From: Carcharhinus longimanus
Lineage: Eukaryota
Assembly (NCBI GenBank): GCA_030264375.1
Contig: JASCQW010000105.1
Span: forward strand, 44,533,234-44,597,233
DNA length: 64,000 nucleotides
Direction of reading: 5' to 3'
The notes under the pieces are model-generated. The model did no database searches. It was not told the origin of the DNA and saw only the letters and a list, made by a program, of their open reading frames with translations. Numbering within the stretch: the stretch's first letter is position 1; each line of letters begins with the position of its first letter. The translations under genes were made by a program, and so were the position numbers. Of this stretch, positions 24,198-36,472 are shown in pieces.

Positions 24198-24826
24198 TTA
24201 GAATCATAAAATCCCTACAGTGCAGAAAGAGGTAATTTGGCCCATTGTGTCCACACCGACTCTTAGTCAGGCTTACCCCATAACCCCATGTATTTACCCC
24301 ACTAACCAATAAATCTTGGGACACTAAGGGCAATTTAGCTTGACCAATTAACTTGCATATCTTTGGACTGTAAGAGAAACTGGCAGAGCCAGAGGAAACC
24401 CAGAGAGAATGTGCAAACTCCAATGGGTGGCATGGTGGCACAGTGGTTAACATTGCTGCCTCACAGTGCCAGGAACCTGGGTTCAATTCCAGTCTCAGGT
24501 CAATGTCTGTGGCGAGTTTGCATGTTCTCCCTGTGTCTGCATGGGTTTTTCCGGGGACTCCCATTTCTTCTCAGACTCCAAAGATATGTGGATTAGGTTG
24601 ATTGGCCATGCTAAATTGACTTTTAGTTTCAGGGGGATTATCAGGGTAAATACGTGGGGTTACAGGGATAGGGCCTGGGTGGGATTGTGGTCGGTGCGGA
24701 CTCAATGGGCCAAATTGCCACCTTCTGCACTGTAGGGATTCTATGATTCTCCATGCAATCACCAAAGGTCAGAATTGAACCCACTCCCTGGCGCTATGAG
24801 ACAGCAGTGCTAACCACGGTGCCACA
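24198..24826 (-). mobile_element. HE1 V-SINE (-) split by a nested HE1 (+)
   Basis: Its 3' part at 24198-24421 and 5' part at 24751-24826 join as gtgcaaactcca|...caatcaccaaaggtcagaattgaaccc. Confidence 0.85.
24425..24748 (+). mobile_element. HE1-type V-SINE, full length, nested
   Basis: gggtggcatggtggcacagtggttaac...ggttcaattcc...ccttctgcactgtagggattctatgatt, flanked by ctccaat / ctccat. Confidence 0.93.
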
Positions 24827-26139
24827 AAATCTGCCCCATTTATGATGGAGGGGGAGTGGACACTCAGGGTGATGGGAACGATTGAGGGGGTGGGGATGGA
24901 TACTTCCATGGTGACTGTGAAGGGGGTGCAAGGGAAGTTTATTTTCATTTGTGATCGGGGTGACATTTGGTGATGGCATTCTGATCCCAGTGGAGCCTGT
25001 TCTCAACTCTAAGAATCCCCACCCCACCGTACTGATGGTGCAAACCATGCCCACTCTTATTTTTTAGATCTCAAAGAGTTAAGGTCTGGAGAGAAAGCGG
25101 ACGAGAGTGTTTCACATGAGTTTTTCTCACCAGAATAACAGTTTGACAAATTCTGGTAAGATCACTCCATGCATGCATGCGTGTGTGTGTGTGTGTGGGC
25201 AGTGTGGGGGAAATACTCGATGGTCTATGGGGCCCTCGATAAGTTACAATACAATGGACCTTAAAGTAAGATGGGGAGCAATCAGATCCATGTGGAGTAT
25301 CAGGACATCAATATCAAATGGTTCAGAGGGTAAGCGAGAGATTTCCAGGATGATAGTAATCAAGTATTAGAAGGGGAGGAAGAAGATGATTGAGGGAGGA
25401 AAACCTGTGCATGACGGGATTAACGGTGAGGCTGTAAAACCTCAGCATCATCATTTTTTAAGCTAATCCCATGGTGCAGTTAAAAAGAAGCCAAGAACAA
25501 AAGTGTCAGGGGAGGGCCGTCAGGTCTTGTAGGAGGAGTCGATTACTGCACTTGTGGGCCAATTGAGCAGGTACCCTTCTCATTCCTGTTTTACCAAATG
25601 GAGAGGAAGGCACAGCTGAGACATATTAGGGAATGTAACATGCAAATTTAAGGAGAGTAGCCCCTTAACTCAAAGCACATTCTTGCAAGAGTACAAAGCC
25701 CATTGGAGGATTGACTTCTGTCCCCCCCAGTGGGAAAGTGTCAGAAGAAAAAAAACCTGAAAAGGGGCTAGTTATGCAAATGCAGATGCCTAATAGCTTG
25801 AACAACTCTAAACATTGCAGCAGGCAGTTCAAGATTTTGAAGGCTCCCTCCCCCAGAAAGCTCTCATAAGGTGAGTGAAAGTTAAGCCAGTTTGATCATT
25901 CAATAGATACCATCAGGCAGTGCCCTGAGGCTTTTCTCAGCTGGCAAAGCTCCATCACATCAAGCTCCTGTTTTAAAGCCCTGTCTTGCCTTGTCATTAA
26001 GGGTGGGGAGAGGGGAGAGGGGAGAGGGGAGAGGNNNNNNNNNNNNNNNNNNNNNNNNNNNNNNNNNNNNNNNNNNNNNNNNNNNAATAATAGTTACGAT
26101 GAAAGTGATCTCTTGTCTCCACAATGCTCTCATTACATG

Positions 26140-26525
26140 GATAGACTGATCAGACTGGGCTTGTTCTCCTTAGAAAATAGAAGGTTAAGAGAAGACTTGA
26201 CAGAGGCATTCAAAACCATGGTGAGTTTTAATAATTAGAACCGTGAAGAACCATAGGATGCTAATGTAAAGTAATTGGGGCAAGAGCCAATGGTAACATG
26301 AGAAAAAACACTTTTACACATCAAATGATTTGGACCTGGGATGCACCAGTTAGGAGGATTGTGGCAATAGATGCAATCACTGCTTTTAAGAGATAATTGG
26401 ATGAATGGCTGAAGAGAAAAAAAAAGTGCAGGTCTGTGAGGCAGAGGAACTGAGACTTATTGAATCACTGTTGCAGAGAACTGGCAGAGATATGACAGGC
26501 TGCCTGCTGTGCTGTAACCATTCGA
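26140..26525 (+). mobile_element. Old CR1 LINE 3' end
   Basis: RLGLFSLENRRLREDLTEAFKTM motif, followed by a CR1 3' UTR ending gctgtgctgtaaccattc. Confidence 0.8.
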
Positions 26526-27504
26526 CAAGTGTGTCAGTCCTCTGGCACCATTTCCATATCCTAGGAGCTTATGGCCCTAATTCTGCAATTTCACCCTTAT
26601 TTCCTTCAGCAATCTAGAATGCATCTTATCTGGATCTGGTGGCCTATTTACTTTAAGCCTGTTTCTTAGATTCGCAATGGAGCCTTCTCTTATGTTCAAT
26701 GGAGGGCATAAGGGTAGGAATTCTCAGGGGAGCCTAGTTATATCTTTAGTGATCCCTATCAAAGTTGTCTGTAGACCTAAGGAGAGAAGAATTAGCCCCA
26801 GATTCCTAAAACACATTACTTGTCACAGCTTGTTTGGGGGTAGAAACCTTTTCCATGGATTGCCACCTTGATGTGGTGGAGAGGCTTGTGTGCTGTTGAT
26901 GATCCCTTAAAGAACTTGTTTGATGGTAGGGCAACCCATGGAGGAAAAGTTGGTGGGGGGTGTGGGCTGAGGCATGCCAGACAAAAGTGTGGTGAAAATG
27001 TGTTCAGCAGCAGAACAGGCAAAGGAAAATTGTACTTTCTCCAGTTGCAAAGGTGAAAGAAGGCCACAGCAACAATGAGGGGCACAATTCTCCCAATCCA
27101 CCCACAACAAGTTTAATGGTAAGTGGGAGAAGTGAATTGAGCAGGAGCCTAAAAGTCGGAAATCCCACGATGTAAGAACAGTTTGAATTTTTCCCAATGG
27201 TGGGTTATTGGCAGTTTGGTTTTCCTGCTGCATAGTAACATGAACACTATTTGCATTCATTTGCACCTCATGAACATTCACTAAAACAGCTGCCTGCTGA
27301 AATCTCCCCCTACCTTCCAATCCTTTTCAACCAGCAGGAAATTACACTGGCATCAAACCTTTTTGCAAACGAGTGGCATGCGCAAGACAGAACTCAGTTC
27401 ACTTATGACTTTGAGGTGAGCGCAATATACAGAGCCTGTCTGATCTATATACATTTCAGTATTCTACATGATATTGTACTACTGCTTTCCTACCAGTCTC
27501 AGTT

Positions 27505-28835
27505 ATAGAGTCATAGAGGTTTACAGCATGGAAACAGGCCCCTCGGCCCAACTTGTCCATGCTGCCTTTTTTAAAACCCCGAAGCTAATTCCAATTGCCC
27601 ACATTTGGCCCACATCCCTCTATACCCATCTTACCCATGTAACAATCTCAGCACTTTTTAAAAGACAAAACTGTAGCCCCCTCTGGCAGCTTGTTCCAGA
27701 CATTCACCACCCTCTGTTTTAAAAAAATTGCCCCTCTGGGCCCTTTTTTATCTCTCCCCTCTTACCTTAAACCTATGCCCCCTAGTTTTAGACTCCCCTA
27801 TTTTTGAGAAAAGATATTAACTATCTAGCTGTTTTATGCCCCTTAATATTTTATAGACCTCTACAAGATCACCCCAAAGCCTCCTATGCTCCAGAAGAAA
27901 AACATCCCAGTTTATCCAGCCTCTCCTTAAAACTCAAACCATCAAATCCTGGTAGCATCCAGTAAATCTTTTCAGTACTCCTTCTATAATAGGGTGACCA
28001 GAACTGTACACAGTATTCCAAGTGTGGCCTTACTAACATCTTGTACAACGTTAAGAAGACATTCCAACTTCTGTAGTCAATGTTCTGACCAATGAAAGCA
28101 AGCAAGCTGAATACCTTCTTCAGCACTCTGTCCATCTGTGACTCCACTTTCAAGAAGCAATGAACATGTACCCCTAGATCTCTTTATTCTGTAGCTCCCC
28201 CAATGCCCTACCGTTAACTGAGTAAGTCCTACCCTGGTTCAATCTACCAAGATGCATCACTTCACATATATCTGAATGGAACTCCATCTGCCATTTGTCA
28301 GCCCAGTGGCCCAATTGATCAAAATCCCCTTGCAATTGGAGATAACTTTCTTCACTGTTCACTATGCCACCAATCTTGGTGTCATCTGCAAACGTATTAA
28401 TCATGCCTCCTATATTCTCATCCAAATCATTAATATAAATGACAAATAACAGTGGACCCAGCACCAATCCCTGAGACACACCGCTGGTCACAGGTCTCAG
28501 TTTGAAAAATACCCTCTGGCTTCTGTCATCCAGCCAATTTTGTATCCATTTAGCTCCCTCACCCTGGATCCTGAGAGACTTAAAATTATGCAACAACCTA
28601 CCGTGCTGTATGCTGTCAAAGTCCATGTAGACACATCGACTGCACTGCCCTCAATTACCTTCTTGGTTACCCCTTCAAAAAAACTCAAATATGTGAGACA
28701 TGATTTTCCACTCAAAGCTCTGCTGACCGTCCCTAATCAGTCCTTGCTTCTTTAAATGCTTGTAGATTCTGTCTCTCAAAATACCTTCCAACAACTTACC
28801 AACCAGAGATGAGGCTCACCGGCCTGTAGTTCACA
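27505..28835 (-). mobile_element. HER1/CR1 LINE (RT domain to 3' tail)
   Basis: ORFs GKSCLTYL, VTSGVSQGLVLGPLLFVIYINDLDENIGGMINTFADDTKIGG and [19 protein letters not shown]. Confidence 0.95.
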
Positions 28836-28839
28836 GTTT

Positions 28840-29695
28840 CATAGCAATGTGACCGCACCATAGTTACATCAGTAATTATATCAGCATCAGATATTCCTGA
28901 TGTTAACCCTTTACTCTACACCTCTTCCCAAATCTTTTTCCAAGCAATATACATTCTCCTTCTATGTATATGAGGAGATACATATCCTCATATCTCCCCA
29001 CAAAGTCTCAGGTTTCACATCGTGGGTGGGATTTTCCAGTCACGCTAACTCCAAAACTGGAAAATCCGACCTAAGGTCAATGGACCTTTGCAAGTTCTGC
29101 CAGTCCCCACCTGCTACAATTTCTATGGCATGTGGGCCAGAGAAAACTCCCTGCTGTGAGTCTCTGTGGTGCCTTGATCTCCATGTTGGATTCTGAGTCC
29201 ACTTTGAGGCTGAGAATAAACTGCACTCTCTCGTCATTCACTTGGAATGCATACAACCTGGGTGGCTGTAGTCTTTCTACTTGTTTCTGGCTCCGTGTCT
29301 CCACCTGGATCTAAATGGTATGTCTAAGGTTCGATTGGTTTTCTTCCTAATGGCATCAAGATGCTTCAGTTCCTGATATTCCTCTGGTCTGTCTCAATTG
29401 TATAAGGTCTCAGCTGTGGAGTTTCTTCTATTACTGTGCGTTTGCTTCCGCACTCTGTCCCCGTGCTGTAGCACTTTCAGGTCTCAGGCTCTGTGACTGA
29501 TATTGAAGTTACGAGCATGACTGTTTCTTTGTTACTCTTCTTACTCCCTAAATTTCTCTTGAATCTAAGATAATGTTAAGTTGTAGTATTTGTTGTTCAG
29601 CTGAAGCTATGTTCACAGCTGTCCTCCCATCAATAGGATGGTGAGAACGTGTTTTTCAGCGATCAAGTTCTGTAGTTAAGGAGAGCTGAGCTACC
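28840..29695 (-). mobile_element. Gypsy LTR retrotransposon remnant: integrase C-terminus, PPT and start of 3' LTR
   Basis: The minus strand gives ALLNYRT*SLKNTFSP..LLMGGQL*T, RNFNISHRA*DLKVLQHGDRVR and ETRSQKQVERLQPP. A polypurine run AAAAAGATTTGGGAAGAGG lies directly before TGTAGAG at 28920. Confidence 0.75.
29024..29154. mobile_element. Harbinger-type MITE, same family as 2133-2251, opposite orientation
   Basis: gggtgggattttccagtc...ccaaaactggaaaatcc...aggtcaatggacc aligns with the reverse complement of 2133-2251. Confidence 0.75.
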
Positions 29696-29829
29696 TTTGT
29701 TTTTTTTTCAATCAATTCCTGGATTGTTTNNNNNNNNNNNNNNNNNNNNNNNNNNNNNNNNNNNNNNNNNNNNNNNNNNNNNNNNNNNNNNNNNNNNNNN
29801 NNNNNNNNNNNNNNNNNNNNNNNNNNNNN

Positions 29830-30716
29830 AGATACAGTTTCATCAAGGTTTCCAGAGTGGAGGGCATGCTCTCGCTGACCTCTTGCTCAAAATGGGCATA
29901 GAATGCATTGAGCTTATCAGGGAGGGATGTGTTGGAACTGACGATTTTACATACCTTCATCTTGTAGTCTGTTATGTCTTGCAGACCTTGCCATTGTTGG
30001 TGTGGATCAATGTGGCTAGCCTGGGATTCTAGCTTGGTCTGGTTCTGTCTTTTGGCATCTTTGATGGATATTCTTAGATTGTATCTGATTTTCTTGTATC
30101 GGTCAGTATCACCCGACTTGAACGCCTCAGACCTGGACTTCAGTAAGTAGTGGATATTCCTGTTCATCCGTGGGGAACACATTGATTTGCTTCTTTGGCA
30201 TACAGTCTTCTACACAATACTAATGAAGTCAGTTACTTAGTGGCATACTCGTTCAGGCTGGTCACAGAGTTTTTAAATACTGACCAGTCCACTAATTCCA
30301 AGCAGCCCCATGGGAGATCATCCGATTCCTCAGACCAACATTGCACCACTCTCTGATGGATTCTCCTGCTTCAGTTTTTGTTTGTAAGACAGCCCTGGTG
30401 GTTTGATTTGCCAAAGTGTGGGTGGGTGACAGAGTGGCAGACATGTCTGATATTTGTGTCACAGTGGTCTAGGATATTTGCACCTCTGGTGGAACAGGAG
30501 ATGTGTTGGAGGTAACTTGGTAGTACGCTCTTGGGCTTGATCGAATTGAAGTTCTCAGCTACGATGAACAAGATCTCGGGATGTTTTGTCTCAAGGCTAT
30601 TTGTAGTGGTGTATATTTCATCCAGCACAATCTTTGTGTCCTCATGGAGTGGGATGTAAACTGCCATCAGGATAACAGAGGTGAACTCCTGCAAAAGGTA
30701 GTAGGGATAGCATATC
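29830..30716 (-). mobile_element. Rex1/Babar LINE, endonuclease and linker
   Basis: EFTSVILMAVYIP...ILFIVAENFN...HISCSTRGANILDHCDT and MNRNIHYLLKSRSEAFKSGDTDRYKKIRYNLRISIKDAK. Confidence 0.88.
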
Positions 30717-30939
30717 AGTTCATGTGATATATTCTGCTCTATTGGTGATATGAATGACAGTGGAAAATTTCAGCCTATGTGATGACAACAGAAGTGAACT
30801 ATGCCTCCCCATTCTTTTCAACATAGCCCTTTTAATAATGAACCATCCATACAATGACTTCACACTGTCATCCTGGTTTTATTCTTAGTCAGCTAATCAT
30901 AGCCAGAGTACCACTTGCAGTGATTTCTCCTTCAGTTCT

Positions 30940-31880
30940 CTCACTTGATAACTCCCACGATCTATCCTTGAATCCCATACTATTTCTCATGTATGTGTTG
31001 CCCTATGGCAACATCACCTCTACCTCACCATCAAATTTGCTACGAGTGCTAAATTATCTGACTGTTCATTCATCATCCAGTACTGCATCAACAGAATTTT
31101 CTCCAACAAGATATTGATTAGATTGGAACCATTGCTTTTTAACTACCATGATAAATATTCTTCCCTAACTACCCATTCCCCTTGGCAACAGACCTAGACT
31201 AAACCAGTCTGTTTACAATCTTTTCATCTTATTTTGACCCCAAGATGAGGTTCTGACCACATATCCTTACCATCATTAAGCCAGCCTATTTCCAACTCTG
31301 CAACNNNNNNNNNNNNNNNNNNNNNNNNNNNNNNNNNNNNNNNNNNNNNNNNNNNNNNNNNNNNNNNNNNNNNNNNNNNNNNNNNNNNNNNNNNNNNNNN
31401 NNNNTCATTAAGCCAGCCTATTTCCAACTCTGCAACATTGTCCAACTTCACCTTGTCTCAGCTCATCTGCTGCTGAGCCCTCCTTTATTACCTCTAGATT
31501 TGACTACTCCAACATACTCCTTGCTCGTCTCCACGTCTTATCTCTCACCAGGACCCACTCATCCTCCTCTTCTAATACCTCACCTCTTTCTATTCTTCCG
31601 ATCTCAGTAATCTCCTCCAGCCCCACAATCTTCTGAGATATCAGCACTCATCTTGTTCTACCCTGTTCAGCATCCTGATTTTAATCACAGCTCCACTGGG
31701 GGCTGTGCCTTCAGCTCCTTAGGCTCTGTGCTCTGGAATTCCCTCCCTAAAACTCCCTGCCTCCCTTGCTTTCCTCTTCTTAAGTCATTCATTAAAACCT
31801 ACCTGTTTTCACCAAGCTTCTATCATATTATCATGCACTATTTGTTCATGTTTCTTGGTGTGTTATTTTATTTTGTAGTA
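30940..31880 (+). mobile_element. L2 LINE 3' portion, decayed
   Basis: attacctctagatttgactactccaac (ITSRFDYSN) and GGCAFSSLGSVLWNSLP...KSFIKTYLF. Confidence 0.82.
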
Positions 31881-31904
31881 CTCCTGTGAAATAACTTATT
31901 ATAT

Positions 31905-32000
31905 TTTGTCAGCTCTGTTGAGTCATCCAGATTCGAAACGTTGGCTCAATCCTCTTTCCACAGATGCTGGCAGAACTGCTGGTATTTCCCAGCAGATTCA
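31905..32000 (+). mobile_element. Penelope-like 3' terminus with degenerate hammerhead
   Basis: agctCTGTTGAgtcatccagattcGAAAcgttggct...ccacagatgctggcagaactgctg. Confidence 0.7.
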
Positions 32001-32109
32001 GACTCCGACATCCATAGTAATTTTCTCTTATGTTTTATTATATTGTTGTTCTCATTGGTTGTCCTGGTCCCTTGCCACTATCCCTCCCTGCAAACATATA
32101 CACACACAC

Positions 32110-32930
32110 CACTCCCCTCCTCCATCTTAAATAATGGAACAGCAATTGCAATTTTCTAATCCATTTTCCAAACCTTCAGAGCTTTAAAAAAAAATATGGC
32201 CACCATATATCCTATTTCCCTTTAAAGTGAAAACCTTCAGGTCCTGTTGATTTATCTATCTTAATTCCAATTATTTTCTCCATTATCATTGGCTTTACTT
32301 ATCTTAACTCTATTAAGATCCTCTCATTGACTTAATGGACTGCTGGGATTTTGTCTTCATCCACTGTGAAAATGGATACAAAGTTATTCATTTAACAAGA
32401 CTACAACTTTTATTGGTCATTATAGTGCAATCTGCACCTGCTTTTAAAGACCCAAGTTCCTCTTACCATTCCCTTTCTCTAACACTTATATTTTAAAAAG
32501 GACCATTATCTTTAATATTGGCAGAGTTTTTTTCCCACTCTCTTGTGCCCACTGTTTTCTTTTTATCCCTTTCTTTCTATTTCTCTCCCAAGAGCCTGGA
32601 TTTCCTATTTGCCTTGCATTTGCGTGTGACTTTACTTTTAGCTTGATATTGTGTCTTATTTTGTTTGTTGACCATGGTTAATTAAATAGATCAATTGAGC
32701 TTTTCCCTCTTCTGGATTTGTATTGTGCCCAAAACTTATTTGTATACGTCTAACTTTTGTGGATTTATCTAGTAATGAGTCAATCCAGCTCATTACAGTC
32801 AATGACTAATTAATTTCACATCACCTTAAAATTTGCTTACCTTAAACTTAAAACCTCAGTTTATGACTCTTAATTCACCCAACAAACTGTACATCAAACT
32901 TAATTGTATTATGGTCATTATTCACAATTG
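32110..32930 (-). mobile_element. Highly decayed CR1 ORF2 fragment
   Basis: tcttcatccactgtgaaaatggatacaaag (minus strand: FVSIFTVDED) and ccttcaggtcctgttgatttatc. Confidence 0.55.
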
Positions 32931-33954
32931 ATCTGTGAGACAGAAGTCTGGAGAAAATCCTGAAGACAAATTCAAACTGATGATTTCCAGCATTTTCTGT
33001 TTTTACGTCAGATTTCCAGTATCCACAAACTGCTTTTCAAACATGATTGCTTGACTTCTGGAAAAAGAGGTAACACATCAAATGAAAGGGATATCTAATA
33101 TCGTTCTGGATATTAATTAATAGCTATAGGATTTGACTATCCATGACTAATGGGTTTTTTTTAAAAGGGTCAGAAGTAGTTAATAACTGTAGTTCTGTTG
33201 TATTTTCCAGGAGCTGGGTGAGGGAATGTTGGTACATAAGGATGAAATCAGATGAAGTTTGGTGTGGGTGGATGAGCATGGGTGACTGATGACCCCATCT
33301 TATTCTGGATACACAAACACACAACTAACTAGTAGTTACACAGCTAAGTTTTATTGAAAATGTTTTTTTTTGAATATAGATGTTATTATTGCTCATCCCT
33401 AGTTGCCCTTAAGATGGTTCTATAACTGGATCTTTCCTGACCTGGAGCCTGTGAGGAGGTTTTTCTGCATTATTGTGCCTGGATCTGCTGATACAATTAG
33501 TTCCACTGTAGCAGATCCAAACAATTCCAGTTCTAGTGCCACCTGATTTCCCTGGCATGTGGTTGTTGGCCTCTTTAGTGAAACCTTATCTCACAAAGGT
33601 ATGTTTAATTGAAATCATAGTGTACCTTTAACAGTTTACATCCTGACAACCCATATCAAAGTGTCAGCTGTCTTTAATGTCCTCTTGAATGCAGCATAGA
33701 AACTTGCAGGGAATTTAAAGCTAATCTAATGCTCTTGTTTTCTTGTCTTAGCATCTGTACAAAAGCAAATAATAGCAGTAGGAGACTCAATGGTGCTGCA
33801 TTTCACATCTGTACATTCACGCCAGCCTGGAATGTTTTCTTAGCTGTCATTTCATTAGAAATCAAGATCAGAATTCTTTTGAGGTGGAGTGACCTTAGAT
33901 CCACCAATGTTTTGTCCCATAACCTTCACTATCCACAAATACAAACAAAATACT

Positions 33955-34100
33955 AAAATAAACACATTAAGTACTGGGAAAACTCAGCAGGCATGGAGCA
34001 TTTGTAGAGAAAAGCAAAGTGAATGTTTTGAGTCCAATAGGAGTCTTCTTTGAAGAAGAGACATATTGGATTCAAAACATTAACTCTTTCCACTGATGGT
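33955..34100. mobile_element. Head-to-head (inverted) Penelope termini of a second family
   Basis: agtgaatgttttgagtccaata...tcttc is inverted against gaagaagagacatattggattcaaaacattaact. The PLE tail ctgggaaaactcagcaggc..agcatttgtagaga reads on the minus strand. Confidence 0.65.
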
Positions 34101-34379
34101 GTACCAGGAAAACACAGTTCTTTCATGTGTCACCACTGGGCCAAAGGGAAATCATTTCTTTGGTGCAGCCTGTATAAAACTGCAGCATTTAAGGGGTGCC
34201 ATCACTTCAGGTTAGAAAGCTGCCTCAGACATCAGCAGCTGGAAGGAACTTAGGATTTCCAGTGCATCAGTAGGGAAGGCCCTCTGTCCCTCACTAATGC
34301 TTCTAACACATGAAAGATTGTTAGGCTTTGTCTGAGGATGCACACAGAGTGCATTCTCCATCACCTCAAGACACGTCAT

Positions 34380-35200
34380 TGTTAGGAAACTAATGTAGTT
34401 TCAAGGAATTTATATTTTTATTGGTAAATATTAGAAACAAGACATAGTTTTAAGTGGGTTTAATTTAGTGTTTTTGTGTAAAGAAAGGTAAACTTACAGT
34501 TAGATTTATGCTGGGCAAAGGTGTTTGTAAGTGTGGTGCTTTTGGTTTCCATTTGAACTGTGCTTCTATTGTGCATAGAGGCGCTATGGTGTGTGAAGAG
34601 TAGATAAAAGCTGGCAGAAGCATGAAGTAATTGCTTACTAACTGGGCACCCTTTTAAGGTGAGAAAACTTTTGAGTTTAGTTTTAGCTGATTTGATTTGC
34701 AGTTGGAGATAGAACACCAAGATGTGAACATCTGCCAGAAAGACTGGAAGGACATGGGGGCTGGGAAAAAGTAGACTAAAAGAACCAGATAAAGTCCAGA
34801 CAACCAGGGAATTTGGACAGAAGAATATCTTAGGAAGACTAAAGTTAAGAGAACAGACTAAGAGACTGAATAGTTCAGAAGAATTCAAGGGAAGATCAGG
34901 TAACATGTTCTGAGTTAAAGGGACATCTGCAGTACCCAGATTTAAAGTGAGAAAGCAGACTTCAGAGGCAAATCAAACATTTGGTGTCATCTTAATACGC
35001 TCTGGGAATCGATAGTTAAAGTAATTGTGAAGAGTTTGTGTAATAGTCAAGAGAAATAAATCCTGAAGGAGATGCAAAATCTGGACACTGGCTTCCTTAT
35101 TAAAAGTGGAGAAGAAGCTTTGTTTGAAAGAATAGTTTGGAAAACTTGAAGTGTTTTTTTGTGTGCAACCAAGTGAGGGAAAATATTGTTTAAAATAAAA
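34380..35200 (+). mobile_element. Probable LTR fragment (Gypsy-type)
   Basis: Begins TGTTAGG, with purine-rich LTR-like composition. No partner LTR or PBS is seen. Confidence 0.35.
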
Positions 35201-35207
35201 TTTGAAA

Positions 35208-35512
35208 GGGCGGCACAGTGGTTAGCATTGCTGCCTCACATCACCAGGGACCTGAGTTCAATTCCAGCCTTGTGTCACAGTCTGTGGTGTTTGCACTTTC
35301 TCCCTGTATCTGTGTGGGTTTCCTCTGGGTGCTCCAGTTTCCTCCCACAGCCCAAAAGTGTGGGTGAGGTGGATTGGCCATGCTAAATTGACCCTAGTGT
35401 CAGGGGGATTAGCAGGGTAAATGTGTGGGGTTATGGGCTAGGGCCTGGGTGGGACTTTTGTTGGTGCAAACTTAATGGACTGAATGACCTCCTTCTGTAC
35501 TGTAATGATTCG
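35208..35512 (+). mobile_element. HE1-type V-SINE
   Basis: gggcggcacagtggttagcattgctgcctcac...ccttctgtactgtaatgattc. Confidence 0.92.
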
Positions 35513-36136
35513 AAGTGCGTGAATTTGAAATCGCTTATGTGGAATGTCATAGAATGTGACCATTCCATACCATTGTTTCTCACCTTTCTCAGCTTCTCTG
35601 CAACCAGACCCCCTCCAGTGGCTCCCCTCCATTGCAATGACTCACTTGATTCTGTTCTTAACATTGCCAAAGAAAGGTCACCAATCTGTGCCATCTTCCC
35701 ACATGGGCATTTTTTCAATGTCAAAGTAAACCTGCACCACAAAGGGATGGAGGCAGGGATGGAGGCTAAGTACTTCAGAGCTGAGAGCTTAGCAAAATGA
35801 GGTGTCTCCTTTCCCCTGAGAAGGCAGCTCTCATTACTCGTTGCTTCAGCCATATTGGTCTCTCCCAGAGGCTTCTGAGCCTCTAAGCTGGCAACATGGG
35901 GCACCTGTTTGCTGTCCTTCATCTGATGGCAGGTGAGAAGCCTGTGTGGGCTAGGACCCCCATCCCCTTGCACACACCACCCCCCTGCCCNNNNNNNNNN
36001 GAGCAGACTTAAAAAGGCTGAGTGGCCTTTTCCTGCTTCTATGTCTTTGTTTCTATGAAAGCCAGAGTTCAGTTAGACAATGGGACTCACCTGGGGGATT
36101 CGAGGAGAAATCCACTGACAAGTAAGTGAGGCCAAT

Positions 36137-36472
36137 ATAGAACTCTACAGTGCAGAAACAGGCCCTTCGGCCCATTGAGTCTGCACCAACCACAATCCCA
36201 CCCAGGCCCCAACACCTATATCCCTACATGTTTACCCGCTAATCCCTCTAAACTACACATCCCAGGACACTAAGGTGCCATTTTAGCATGGCCAATTAAC
36301 CTAACCCACACATCTTTGGACTGTGGGAGGAAACTGGAGCACCTGGAGGAAACCCACACAGATGTGTGGAGAATGTGCAAACTCCACACAGAGTGACCTG
36401 AGCCAGGAATCAAACACAGGACCCTGGAGCTGTGAAGCAGCAGTGCTAACCACTGTGCTACCATGCTGCCCC
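36137..36472 (-). mobile_element. HE1-type V-SINE, full length
   Basis: atagaactctacagtgcagaaacaggccc...gcagtgctaaccactgtgctaccatgctgcccc. Confidence 0.93.

Noticed and set aside
31272-31436. Direct repeat tcattaagccagcctatttccaactctgcaac on both sides of an N gap
   Set aside because: Identical copies flanking a 100-N gap indicate unmerged contig overlap.
35431-35973. 180-aa minus-strand ORF
   Set aside because: It runs into an HE1 SINE and has no recognisable domain, so it is probably transposon-derived.
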